Source: Tubiluchus corallicola
Taxonomy: Eukaryota > Animalia > Priapulida
NCBI GenBank assembly: GCA_030141605.1
Contig: JAQGDQ010002375.1
Span: 248,001-312,000, forward strand
Length of the DNA stretch: 64,000 nucleotides
Direction: 5' to 3'
In this document: positions 54,701 to 64,000 of the stretch, piece after piece
How the letters are laid out: each line of letters starts with the position of its first letter
Position numbering within the stretch: the first letter of the stretch is position 1
The notes under the pieces: generated by a model
What the model was told of the DNA's origin: nothing
The model's database searches: none
What the model saw: the letters and a program-made list of their open reading frames with translations, nothing else
Position numbers and translations under genes: made by a program

Positions 54701-57191
54701 GTTTTTATTATTCTAAATTCTATTACTCTAAAATTTTCTAGTATTCGTAATTGTTGGGTAGATTTAATGATGTTGTCAATGTAAGATTGCGTAGTTCTGA
54801 CTTCCTGTAAAATTACCAAGTTTGTGTATATGCATTAGCAGGGTGAGAGGTCAGACCAGCCTCGCCATGTCGAGTCAGTCGCTCAAATGGCAGAGCATGT
54901 GCCACGAAACATGTGTCCCAACTCAGTGCCGGTCCCAAGCCCGGATAAATAGGGAGGGTTAGGGTCAGGAAGGGCATCCGCCTGTAAAAACTGTGCCAAA
55001 ACCTTCTATGAATGAGTCGGTGAGACTTAAAGGGAAAGTCCACAAAGAAATGGTCAGACCCGCTCGAATCTATGGGCTGGAAGCACCTTCTCTAAAGAAG
55101 ACCAAAGAGAAGAAAATGGGTGTGGTGGAGGTGAGGATATTGAGATGAATGATGGGAATAACAAGAAGAAGAAAAATTAGAAATAATAATATCAGAGGAA
55201 CAGTAAAAGTAGGGGAAGCCTCGCAAGACTGCGATGGTATGGACACCTGAAGAGAAGAGTCGGTGAAGATCTTGTGGGAATTGAAGACATAAATGAAGAG
55301 ATGGTCAACAACAGGAATGCGTGGAGAAGACTCATTCACAACGGCGACCCCGAATAGGGAAAAGCTGGGAAGAAGAAGAATGATAACTCTTATGTGTGCT
55401 TTGGATGCCCCATAGATAGGTGCAAAGATTCCTAGTCAACTACCACTATTGAATGGTACAGAGTATATTCAAAATAGCATAATAGATTACTGCATGACTT
55501 TGAATGATTAACTGAATGATAATTTGAATGATTGAACTTAGCAAACAGCTCTGCTAAATTGGTCCAGTAGCTCAGTTTGGCACAGTGTGCATCCTGAAAT
55601 GCAAAGCTCTAAGTTCAACTCCTGGTTGGGCACCTGCTGCCTTTAATTAGCCGTTATGCTATTCACTGTAGGAATTAGCCTTTATGCTATTCAATGTAGG
55701 AATGAGGCCTCAATGTATGAGTGCATGTGTTAGTGTTTTTTTTCTTATTTACTCAGTCATTTGGCTGTTGTTTTATTAATATAATGTTTGTCTTATTAAA
55801 GTTCCACATAATTCAATTACACAAAATACTTTTAACACATAATAAAATGTAAAGAGAACATACGAAAGTTCATTGCTCTTCAAGCAGGTAGACAAAATAA
55901 AATCAGTCCTTTTACCAGCTCCACCAGATAAACCCTAAAACGAAAATGATAAAACTAAGATAGACCAGATGTGACAGATGATTTTATGGCAACTATTGGA
56001 TATTATGCTTTTGATGATAAAGGTATGAATGAAAGTAAAGAGTGCAAAAAAGAAGCAGAAACGGAATAAATGTTTCCAAATATGCACCTGTAAAGGGTTC
56101 CCGTCTTTCCACACCATGGCTTCACATCCAGAGTTCCAACGCAACCTGACTTCCTGCTTTAGCCATAATTCAGGAATGGAGAATTTCAGTCGAAACCAAT
56201 GAGTACTCCAACTTTCATTCCATAAAAAATTATTACAAATTACGTAAACTGCTAAACTGGCAATATTACACAATGTCATCACAGCTGGAAGTGATAAGTT
56301 CTATTTTGTCTTATGTAGAATCTATCACTCACAAAGCCACAAAAACCACTTGGGAACCTGACCGACGATGTAAATTTCAAACAGATGCTCAGTTTCAGCT
56401 ATTATGCTGTCAAATGCATTTAATTAAAAGTCATGCAAACTATTTCGTTTTAGTTTTTTCTTGATTTTTTTTGCTCACAGTGTCAGAAAGTGCCAAGAAC
56501 AAAACGAGCAGGGCATCCTCACTGATGATGACAAAAAACAAACAAAAAAATTTAACTTACGTTGGCCCAAACTTTTGTCCAGGTGTTACTTGTCTCCAGT
56601 CACCCTTCAGTGCCTCTTCATAAGTTAGTCTCTCAGCTGGTGAGTAATAGCAGACATTGTCGATTTTTTGTTTAGCAGAGTATAACCTGTATTTGAAAAT
56701 GAACTCATAACTCCCAATACAAGCATTATAGGTAGTTAGTAAATGGGAAGCAAATTTCCTTTTGTCTGTTAAGTCCTACACTTATGATGCTTGTACATGT
56801 ATATACTGTACTGGTGACAATCAAATGCAAAAGTAACACGCAAGTATTTGATAATTTATATTACAAAGAGTGCATTAATGGTCACATGTGAATGATATAC
56901 GCCTGCCTACTGGTTTCATTCATTTAAGACAATCAACTGTTTCATACCAATAAGCAGCAACCAAAAGTTTGTGATGTATATTAACTGATATGTAGCTAGT
57001 CCAATGTGGGAGTACCCCTAGTTCACATTTCACAAAATATGTTGAACTACATTATAGCATATGAGTGCACATACTTTGTATTTTAACACTTACTTTCCTG
57101 CTAAATTGACATCAACAAAATAAACTTCTGATAAAAATTTTTCTATTCTCTCTAAGGCAGTCCGTCTATTCTTTATGTTTGGTATGTCCAT
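30483..57191 (-). CDS. MAN2C1: Alpha-mannosidase 2C1 (cytosolic GH38 alpha-mannosidase)
   Basis: 25 phase-consistent coding exons: 57191-57094, 56686-56561, 56211-56088, 55934-55864, 53795-53621, 52479-52382, 51510-51419, 50242-50136, 49463-49353, 48093-48001, 47712-47596, 46629-46534, 45715-45624, 44847-44794, 42838-42715, 41612-41500, 40734-40548, 39158-38716, 38230-38050, 36540-36397, 34747-34638, 34044-33965, 33242-33103, 32128-31995, 30675-30483. Motifs: ERIEKF, GHCHIDTAWLWP (metal-binding), [32 protein letters not shown] (nucleophile), [63 protein letters not shown]. Confidence 0.96.
31258..31323. mobile_element. Very short Tc1/mariner (Tigger-like) MITE, family D
   Basis: TIR-like ends gtcaaactcgttataa...ttaaagagatttgactg followed by TA; related in reverse orientation to 54074-54247. 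Confidence 0.55.
34091..34403. repeat. Two diverged tandem copies (period about 164 bp) of a fold-back unit
   Basis: aacaagataat.cagaatagc.aaat.tgcacatggatacaaag...catactgcttccagc.atttcttttattgaaa occurs at 34091-34235 and 34255-34403. Confidence 0.85.
35051..36270 (-). mobile_element. Non-LTR retrotransposon 3' fragment (CR1/L2-group RT C-terminus) split by a hAT MITE
   Basis: [12 protein letters not shown]...[33 protein letters not shown] continues after removal of the MITE plus one TSD copy as TTFYCMSTW...LKVAYN...RKLF. The clade assignment is tentative. Confidence 0.8.
35360..36053. mobile_element. hAT (Charlie-like) non-autonomous DNA transposon
   Basis: TIRs CAGTGATTTTCAACC / GGTTGAAAAACACTG, a perfect 8-bp TSD CAGTAAGC (35352-35359 and 36054-36061), and subterminal ggcacac motifs. 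Confidence 0.9.
36274..36372 (+). repeat. (GA)n purine-rich microsatellite
   Basis: Direct observation. Confidence 0.85.
39877..40515. mobile_element. Tc1/mariner-type (pogo/Tigger-like) MITE, family C copy 1
   Basis: TA-flanked, with imperfect TIRs CAGTAGGTGACGTTTATTAGACTCAC / GTGAGTCTATTAAGCAACGCCTACTG; full-length similarity to 60230-60986. Confidence 0.85.
44519..44584. mobile_element. Family C MITE terminal fragment
   Basis: cagttaattgtgtcaaaa...cccaaagtgagtctattaagca matches the right end of 39877-40515. Confidence 0.7.
46178..46262 (+). mobile_element. Possible degenerate SINE segment with 5S-rRNA-like sequence
   Basis: ccaaacttaaacaacactgagtttggcaattaaatagatgggtgact loosely follows the 5S-like gaagttaagca...ggttagtacttggatgggtgacc motif. 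Confidence 0.3.
49715..50150 (-). repeat. Minisatellite (about 37-38 bp unit, about 11 copies) overlapping a MAN2C1 exon end
   Basis: Units like gtgaacatgtgaaaataataaacaaacaaaaatacct; the first unit includes the exon 50242-50136 donor. Confidence 0.9.
51535..51722 (+). repeat. Compound (GA)n/(GT)n microsatellite
   Basis: Direct observation; produces several spurious ORFs. Confidence 0.95.
54074..54247. mobile_element. Tigger-like MITE, family D
   Basis: TA|CAATCAAACCTCTTTATACCGCCCAC...GTGGGGCATTAGAATAATGTTTGACTG|TA. Confidence 0.65.
54850..55380 (+). mobile_element. Internally deleted RTE-clade non-LTR element (5' UTR joined to ORF 3' end and (GAA)n tail)
   Basis: Relic peptides [18 protein letters not shown] and [11 protein letters not shown] resemble RTE GKVYKTVVRPAMLYGLE and IRNE.IRG..KV. 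The 3' end ggcgaccccgaatagggaaaagctgggaagaagaagaa is typical of RTE tails. Confidence 0.85.
54854..54990 (+). ncRNA. Twister self-cleaving ribozyme-like motif (possibly degenerate) in the RTE 5' UTR
   Basis: 54928-54960 reads GCCGG-TCCCAAGC-CCGG-ATAAAT-AGG-GAGGG-TT, matching the twister P4/L4/P2/L1 consensus (GCCGGUCCCAAGCCCGGAUAAA..GGAGGG). The cleavage-site strand is less certain. Confidence 0.7.
55561..55634 (+). pseudogene. tRNA-derived sequence (pseudo-tRNA or SINE head; GAA-like anticodon loop)
   Basis: Box A-like TAGCTCAGTTTGG, anticodon arm TGCAT-CCTGAA-ATGCA and a degenerate box B AGTTCAACTCC. The stems are imperfect, so it is probably not functional. It is followed by a near-perfect tandem duplication of about 28 bp. 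Confidence 0.6.
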
Positions 57192-57677
57192 TACTGAAAA
57201 GATGAGAAAATTAAATCAATAACATAAACACAATTTCAATTTTTAACAATGAAATTGATTATAGACTGATAACGAATGAATTTCGAAGAGAACGAAGTAA
57301 ATTCCACACTAGTAGATAAAAATTTTAAAAAATATTAACGGTACTTGATTACTGGTGCTGGTGCTTACTCAGGACCCTCCTCTTTCCTAATCCTATTGAA
57401 CGAGCCTGCACAAATGTGCCTGTCAGGACACTCTTCACTGATTTCCTTTCTTTTCCTGCTTTGGTTTGTACTTCAGATTCGCTACTATTCTTCTAAATCT
57501 TCCCAAATATTTTCTATATTTCATCGTAGCTTTAACGTACTGGCTTACTGCTTTCAATACTTAATAAACATAGACTTCACTATCGGACACATGTTTAAGG
57601 GCAATATGGGTTATCAACAGAACTTAAACAACTTCACAGACCCTAAAAATGATTTCCACATATTCCGTTGACGTAGT

Positions 57678-58622
57678 TGTTGGGAGCCGTTTGGACCACT
57701 GCGCCAAGTAGACCACTTGATGCGCTAAAAGTAGTGTCCTACATGGGCAGCCCAAGTAGGACACTAGCGATTTTTGTCGAGAAACTTGCTCTGGCAAAAC
57801 TTGTTTCCAGTTTATATTACCATTGTTTATAAGTATTGTTATGACATAATAAAGCATAAAACAAAATTTCTTTTAGAAATGGATATTCCTTGGCAATTGA
57901 CAAATGCATTTCTTACAATAATTTCATCATTATGATTAACTCCATTAATATATCATAACATTAAACCTAGTATCTAATGCTTTAAAGAGAGAAATTCTGC
58001 ACACAGTTATTACAGAAATAATTGCAAATTTAAAAATGAGATAGATGCTGCTAAGCCTTCACAACACCAAAAAGTAATTTTTAACATTTAAGAAAAGCAA
58101 GGATAATTAGTTTTAATATTATCAGTAGTATTGTAACAAGTAGGGCACTGTCCTACATGGCTCGCTAGCCCATGTAGGACACATAGATCGCTAGAACGTT
58201 TACTTATAAGAAAACAATTATTTGCCCAAGAGGTAGTGGAACCGATCACCTGTTTGTGAAGTGAGACAAAATCAAAAATGATATACCTTAAACAAATGTT
58301 GAATTCGCAAAAAAGTGAGGTTTTTTCACTTCAACAACATTAATATCGAAACCAAATTTAATATTGTCCGTTCTACCAGCTCAGAATAAAATTCTTTTAT
58401 TTTATTAGATGTATAATAAATTATTCAACGTGTATTAACGTTTTTAATTATTATTATTACATAAACAAGCACAACGGACGGTGTCAGTACACTTAACGAC
58501 TGAATTCACGACCTGTCTCTAGTGTCCTACTTGGGCTAGCCTAAGTAGACCGCGGTCTACATGGGCTAGCCCAAGTAGACCAATTGGTCTACTTGGCGCA
58601 GTGGTCCAAACGGCTCCCAACA
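57678..58622. mobile_element. Non-autonomous DNA transposon with TGT...ACA ends, 38-bp perfect TIRs and 5-bp TSD (Ginger-like)
   Basis: TIR TGTTGGGAGCCGTTTGGACCACTGCGCCAAGTAGACCA at 57678-57715 and its reverse complement at 58585-58622; GTAGT direct repeats at 57673-57677 and 58623-58627; internal palindromes. Confidence 0.88.
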
Positions 58623-59119
58623 GTAGTGCTGCTGCACTGTTTACGTGTTTTTTGTCAAGTAATTTTCTGTATAATTTCTTAGTTTGCTTGCTTGGACTGT
58701 CTAATGCTAGTGCAGTTTAATCACCTGATAAAATGAACGCTGCCTGTGCTAGGAAAGCCATCTCTTTTTGTGCATCGAGCTGCAAAACTTTTTCCTTAAC
58801 CTACGAGTTAAACAGTTAGTCTTCAATTGAGTTTAATTTCATTCTCATAACATTAATTTGAAAGAATATAGTGTTGAAAAAATAACGTCAATGTCACTAC
58901 AGTTTGTCTGCTGAGAAGAAGCAACGAAAGACATCTTGGTCACTTATTTTAAAACATTAAATTAAAGGAAGACCAGACGATTGTTTAGACTCAATTTCAT
59001 TTTAATTTACTGTCCAAAATATACATTCTCTTGCGTATAAAAGTTAGTAATTGTTCCTTATATTTGAATAATTAGCTTAGAAAGTTAATTAATGGCAACC
59101 GAACACAGCTATTGCTTAC

Positions 59120-59381
59120 GTCAAATAATAACCACAGAATGTGGAATGGCAGGCGTCTTCCCTTGCGCGTCAAGCACATTCAAACGCATGATGTCACGAA
59201 AAATGGGCTCTAGATCATGTGATGCCAGAAACTAACACAGCAGTTCATTATCATGCTTATCACGGTACCGCCTTCTACTTGTCGGCCACGCGAATGTGAC
59301 AAATAGGCGCCGCTGCCAACCTTAGTAGATTCACTGAGCCGTTCGTAGCTTTGAAAGTTTAACGAAATTTGAGTATCCGAG
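59120..59381. promoter_or_regulatory. Putative bidirectional promoter and first exons of MAN2C1 (minus) and ACADS (plus)
   Basis: GC/CpG-richer patch with a minus-strand donor GTAAGC at 59119 and a plus-strand donor GAG|GTAATT at 59382. The MAN2C1 ATG exon starts 2 nt after a CAG acceptor at 57194-57196, so an upstream UTR exon is needed. Confidence 0.45.
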
Positions 59382-59860
59382 GTAATTATTATTTAATCTA
59401 AGTTTTGATTTAAAATAGGCTATTGTAGTTTTCAATATTTTAGAGCATTCTTTATTCTGAACTCATGTTTACACAATCATCCGGTTTTCCTTTAACGTTT
59501 TTTAATTTAAATTAATAATATAACATCATAATCATTCCGCTAAGTTAACAATATTGCAATTGGGATCAGGGAGCAAGTAGAAGTCACGAAATTTCTGTTT
59601 TAACACCAATTTTGTAAAATTTTAGATGTGTGAGTGAAATAATTTCAATTTACAGACCAGTACACAGGGTTCTGAAGTTTGGAACAGGGTCCACAGGAAC
59701 TGGAAACCGCCCAGGAGCAACTCACCCTTTGTTCACTCGTCCATAACCAGAACCAGTGCTCCTTAACTTTGCAACCAAACGATTATGATCATTCAACTAT
59801 TCCCTTTGTCTCTTAAATGAATCATTTCTTCTCTTTTGTTTTGAGTATCTAACATTTCAG

Positions 59861-62800
59861 ATTACGTGCCTCGTGCTCGATGCAGTCGACAGTTGCGTTC
59901 TCTGTATTCCTTGGCACAACTGTCAGACACTCATCAGATGTTACGTAAAACATGCCGTGACTTTGCTGAAAATGAACTGAAACCTGTTGCTGCACAAAAT
60001 GACAGAGAACACAAGTATCCAAAAGAACAGGTAACTACAGGTATAAGAAATGTTCTAAGAAGAGTTTGGTGTCAGTTTTATTGCAGGTGCATTGAAATAA
60101 TAAATATAGCATACCTATCAGAAACGATGTCAAATGTGGTTCACCTCAATCCATACTGTTTTATATCTCTGCTGTAGATCAGCATGACAACATAAAACTT
60201 CTAATGCAGACTCAAAAAAATCTCAATTACAGTAGGTGACGTTTGTTAGAGTTACGGTTAATAGAATGATTTGCTTAATTGTGTCAAAAATGTCTGATAT
60301 GGGCCACGCCTATTTGAATGTATATGAAAACTGTCGGCAGTTGACTAAAAAAACTCTGCGTAATTGACTCAATATTTTGCTTCACGTACTTAAAATAAGA
60401 TACTTGTACGTGACCAAACAGCTTTTACTACTTTTTACAGGTGCGAGCACTTTTGTTCACTGTAACATAATAACGTACATTGAAGCAACCATGTTAAGTA
60501 GCGTTTTCTTTGCTTATCATGCTCTAATGTGCTAGCTAGCAGTTTTGCTTTGAATCTGTAACCCACTATGCTGCAGTTAACTTTGTTGCCCAAGAATTTA
60601 TGGAAGCTCAAATTTTAATCACTTGCCTAATGGTTTCCTTTTGAAGATCTTCCTGCTTTTCAGCATTTAGTCAGTTGACTATTGCCGTGATACTATGTAT
60701 GCAATGTCAGTAATCTGTCAGAATTCTTTGCGACCTTACTAGTGTGAATATCATAGAGCAACTAAGAGTATAAATTTTAAAATACATAGTAGAACATAAG
60801 TACCTAAAAGAGACCTAATAAAGTCTTAATATTTAAAGCTCTTGCAGCCTTTGCAGTGAATACTTGCTGAAGAGTGATGACTGGTAAGTCTATACTAGTA
60901 ATGCTACACCTGTTGGCTAATAGATTCAGCCTGTTAAGGTCAAAACACTTCCACCCCATAATGAACCTATTAAGCATTGCCTACTGTATTTAGTAAGAGT
61001 TTATCACAAAGTTATAGTTATTAGTCAGTTAGTAGCAAAGAAAAATGATGATGAAATTAGTGAGTTACTTATAAAATATTTGTTAGGCCTGTAAGTGACA
61101 GTGTAAGTGGACTCAATTCACGTGTTCATCTCTATATAAGATTGATTTATTTCAGATTAAAAAGATGGGTGAACTTGGACTCATGGCACTCAATGTACCA
61201 GAAACCTATGGAGGCAGTGGACTTGATTACCTTGCGTATAGCATAGCTATGGAGGAGATTAGTCGTGGATGTGCATCTGCTGGCGTTATTATGAGTGTAA
61301 ATAATGTAAGTTGAAGAGAGAAGCTGTACTATGCAAGCATTCTGTATGATATGTTACAAATATTCTTGACTAGGTGTGTGAATTAGATCATTTTAGTGTG
61401 TGTGGTGAAACTTTGTTGTAGATTTTAATAATATGTGTGCTAAATGACATATATTTTCATATTCTAAATACACATTTTAACAATAAATTTACAATAGTGA
61501 AGTCAAAGTGTCCATTGAGTTTCAAAAGTTTTTTATTTTTTAACTGCAGTGCCTAGCAACCTGCTCTTCCTAAACCGTTGACTCCTGTAAAAAATTAAAA
61601 AATTGAGAAAAATTTTTTTTTAGAATTAATGGACACTTTGACTTCTTTATGATTATGACCATGGCATGTCCCAGAAGAGCACTATTTTATAAATTTTCAG
61701 TAGTTTTAAAGTAAATCTGTTTGATTATTCACAAATAGTTTCTTTTACCAAGCTGAGAGAGCTGCCTACTATAGCACTGTGTATCATGTGAAAAATAGCA
61801 AAGCTATATTCATCTCTTTAAGTATTCACCTTTTGTCTCATCAACAAGTGCTGTCTGGGATTTGGGTAAGCTAGAGGGAGTTTGGATTAGCTAGAGAGAT
61901 TGGTTAGAAACCTATTGCCTGTACAGTCCAATACAATCTGCTAGGCAAATTGGTAAACTAATCCAAACCTGTTCAAAAACTACTCTCTTCTACTAGGAGT
62001 TTGCTGGGCAGGGTATGTGAAATCGTTTATCCCAGACGCACTTCTCTTTTAAAAGAAATTTGTGCGTTTTAGCTATTGAGCTGTTGATAAGCCTATAACT
62101 AAAGTATGTGAATGTATTATCACAGTCATTATACTTGGGTCCTATATGCAAATACGGAACAGAAGAGCAAAAGCAAAAGTATGTCAAACCGTTTATGAAT
62201 GGCGACAAGGTGGGATGCTTTGCACTTAGTGAACCAGGTAATTATGCTGCATCATTCATGTACTAAGCACAGATAATAATTTTTCCTTTTGAAAGTCGAA
62301 GAAAGTATTTAAACTATTGTTACAGAACCAACTAACTGATTAACTGACGTAAAATGCAGTATAATTAATTTTAAATGTGTTTATACTAACTTGTGCATAC
62401 ATGTTAAATTTGTTACCTTTGCATCTGGTGCTGCAGGAATACCATACTTTAGGAAGACATTTTGTATGTGTTGCAACAATAAAAGCCAAAAATATGCATA
62501 CCACTCAAAACATTTTTTAATTTCAACAACCATCATCATTGTTTGTGTCTTACACAAGTTTTACAAATGCTGTGCTTTTTATTTTTTTTTCAAAATTCCA
62601 GTTTGATCAAGCTCACCAACAAATTACGCTATATTTTGGCAAAAGTCTCATGCAAAAGATGTCAGTGCTTTAAGTTCTGGTTAAAATTCCGATTTGTTTG
62701 TAAAGTTTGTGATCCAATAATTCACTTCCTTAATGTTGTTCTTTATATTTAATTTAGCATTTCTTTTTAACACCAGGGTTGCAACTTGCTGCAGCACTTT

Positions 62801-63967
62801 ATTGTCTTACATTATTTTACTTTAACACTGCTAAAATTTGTCTTGTCTGGTTTTAAATGTTTACTGCTTAATATAAAAACCCACTGGCTGGTACAAGTTA
62901 ACAAGATTGTATTTATTTTCTCCTAAATAAACTTCACTGTAAAAAAGTGACTGTTGTTATAGGCAATGGAAGTGATGCTGGTGCGGCTTCTACAACAGCC
63001 AAGTCACATGGTGGAAAGTGGATTTTAAATGGGACAAAAGCATGGATTACTAATGGTTACGAAGCAGAGGGTGTGCTCTTGTTTGCAACTACTGACAAAT
63101 CTCAAAAGCATAAGGTGCTCTTATAATTTTAGCAACAATAACATTAAATTAGATTATAGTTTGATGTAAATGAACGTATTGCGTTTCTTTTATTATTCTC
63201 GTAAAGTATTCATGCCTTCTGGTATTATATGTCTGCTGTAATACAAGAAAAAACAACTTAAACAGCTTTTGTCTGATGCCATATTATAGGACAGATTAAT
63301 ATTCGGATATCTTAGTGTGTTGTATCACCTTAGACAATATATAATGCTGCGAATTAATCGTAACATCAAGATTATTATTACTGATATTACAAACTTAAAG
63401 TTAATTAAATTTTGATACCAAACTTTAAAGACAGGAAATCAGAAGCGAGAATGCTGCCTGAATTTGAACCAGAGTGTCTCTTCTGCTTATGAGGCAGATG
63501 CTTAGACCATTAGGCCACTGCTTTGGTTTAAGCATCAGCCTTGTAAGCAGTATAGGTCCCTGGTTCAAATCCAGGCTGAACTACGACTTCTTTACATTTT
63601 CTGTCTTTCAAGTTTGGTATTAAAAATTCAACTAATTTGTGCACTACCAATAATACGGTGAATTTCTTTACTAAAGACCTCTTCAAGGGAAAGGATACGA
63701 AGCCAAGAAGTTTTGCAGAGACTGCATCCTCATGTACATAATAGGTATGGATATTTTGTGCAGTGGCTAGTAGGAGTTCTGTACATGTATTTACAGGGCA
63801 TTAGTGCATTTCTGACACCAAAGCCGTATGATGGGTTATCAATTGGTAAAAAGGAAGATAAACTTGGCATTAAAGCTTCGTCTACGACTACGTTGATTTT
63901 TGAAGATTGTTCTATAACCGAAGATCACTTGTTGGGTGAACCAGGAATGGGCTTCAAAATAGCAATG
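59861..63967 (+). CDS. ACADS: Short-chain specific acyl-CoA dehydrogenase, mitochondrial (partial; continues past window end)
   Basis: Exons 59861-60030 ([22 protein letters not shown]), 61156-61305 ([49 protein letters not shown]), 62126-62237 (SLYLGPI...GCFALSEP), 62963-63114 ([13 protein letters not shown]...NGTKAWITN) and 63797-63967 (GISAF...[12 protein letters not shown]...GFKIAM). These closely follow SCAD. The position of the start codon is uncertain (see findings). Confidence 0.94.
60230..60986. mobile_element. Tc1/mariner-type MITE, family C copy 2
   Basis: TA|CAGTAGGTGACG...GCCTACTG|TA; internal blocks shared with copy 1 (ttcacgtacttaaaataaga, tggtttccttttgaag, tatactagtaat). Confidence 0.85.
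61499..61645. mobile_element. Small fold-back/MITE-like element
   Basis: 18-bp perfect inverted repeat GAAGTCAAAGTGTCCATT / AATGGACACTTTGACTTC around an AT-rich spacer. Confidence 0.6.
63397..63638. mobile_element. Two tRNA-derived SINE copies in inverted (head-to-head) orientation
   Basis: The plus copy has tggttaagcatcagccttgtaagcag...GGTTCAAATCC. The minus copy has TGGCCTAATGG...gcctcataagcag...GGTTCAAATTC. Both continue into a shared tail ctgtcttt.aagtttggtat.aaaa. Confidence 0.75.
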
Positions 63968-64000
63968 GTAAGCTGCCATGTTAATAAGATGATAAAAAGT

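Noticed and set aside
57732-58595. Repeated palindromes suggesting a CRISPR-like array
   Set aside because: Spacing is irregular, the repeats lie inside a TIR/TSD-bounded element in eukaryotic DNA, and there are no cas genes.
63397-63638. Functional tRNA-Met or tRNA-Thr genes
   Set aside because: Acceptor stems are missing or mismatched and both copies share a non-tRNA tail, which is consistent with SINEs.

Overview
AT-rich, intron-rich metazoan (probably invertebrate) genomic DNA with four spliced housekeeping genes, reconstructed by hand from GT-AG junctions and recalled protein motifs. They are RALBP1/RLIP76 (minus; 3' part lies beyond the window start), ERCC6L/PICH (plus; 17 coding exons, complete), cytosolic alpha-mannosidase MAN2C1 (minus; 25 coding exons, complete) and mitochondrial short-chain acyl-CoA dehydrogenase ACADS (plus; runs off the window end). 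The arrangement is head-to-head, tail-to-tail, head-to-head. Introns carry many transposon relics: CR1/L2-group and RTE LINE fragments, hAT and Tc1/mariner MITEs, tRNA-derived SINEs and micro/minisatellites. The most notable non-genic signals are (1) a twister ribozyme core at the 5' end of an internally deleted RTE element, (2) a 945-bp TGT...ACA non-autonomous DNA element with perfect 38-bp TIRs and a 5-bp TSD (Ginger-like), (3) a candidate 4-nt start-codon microexon for ACADS, (4) a minisatellite built from a 5' splice site and (5) an inverted pair of tRNA-derived SINEs. I see no convincing wholly new multi-gene system. No database searches were run, so family calls rest on recalled motifs.
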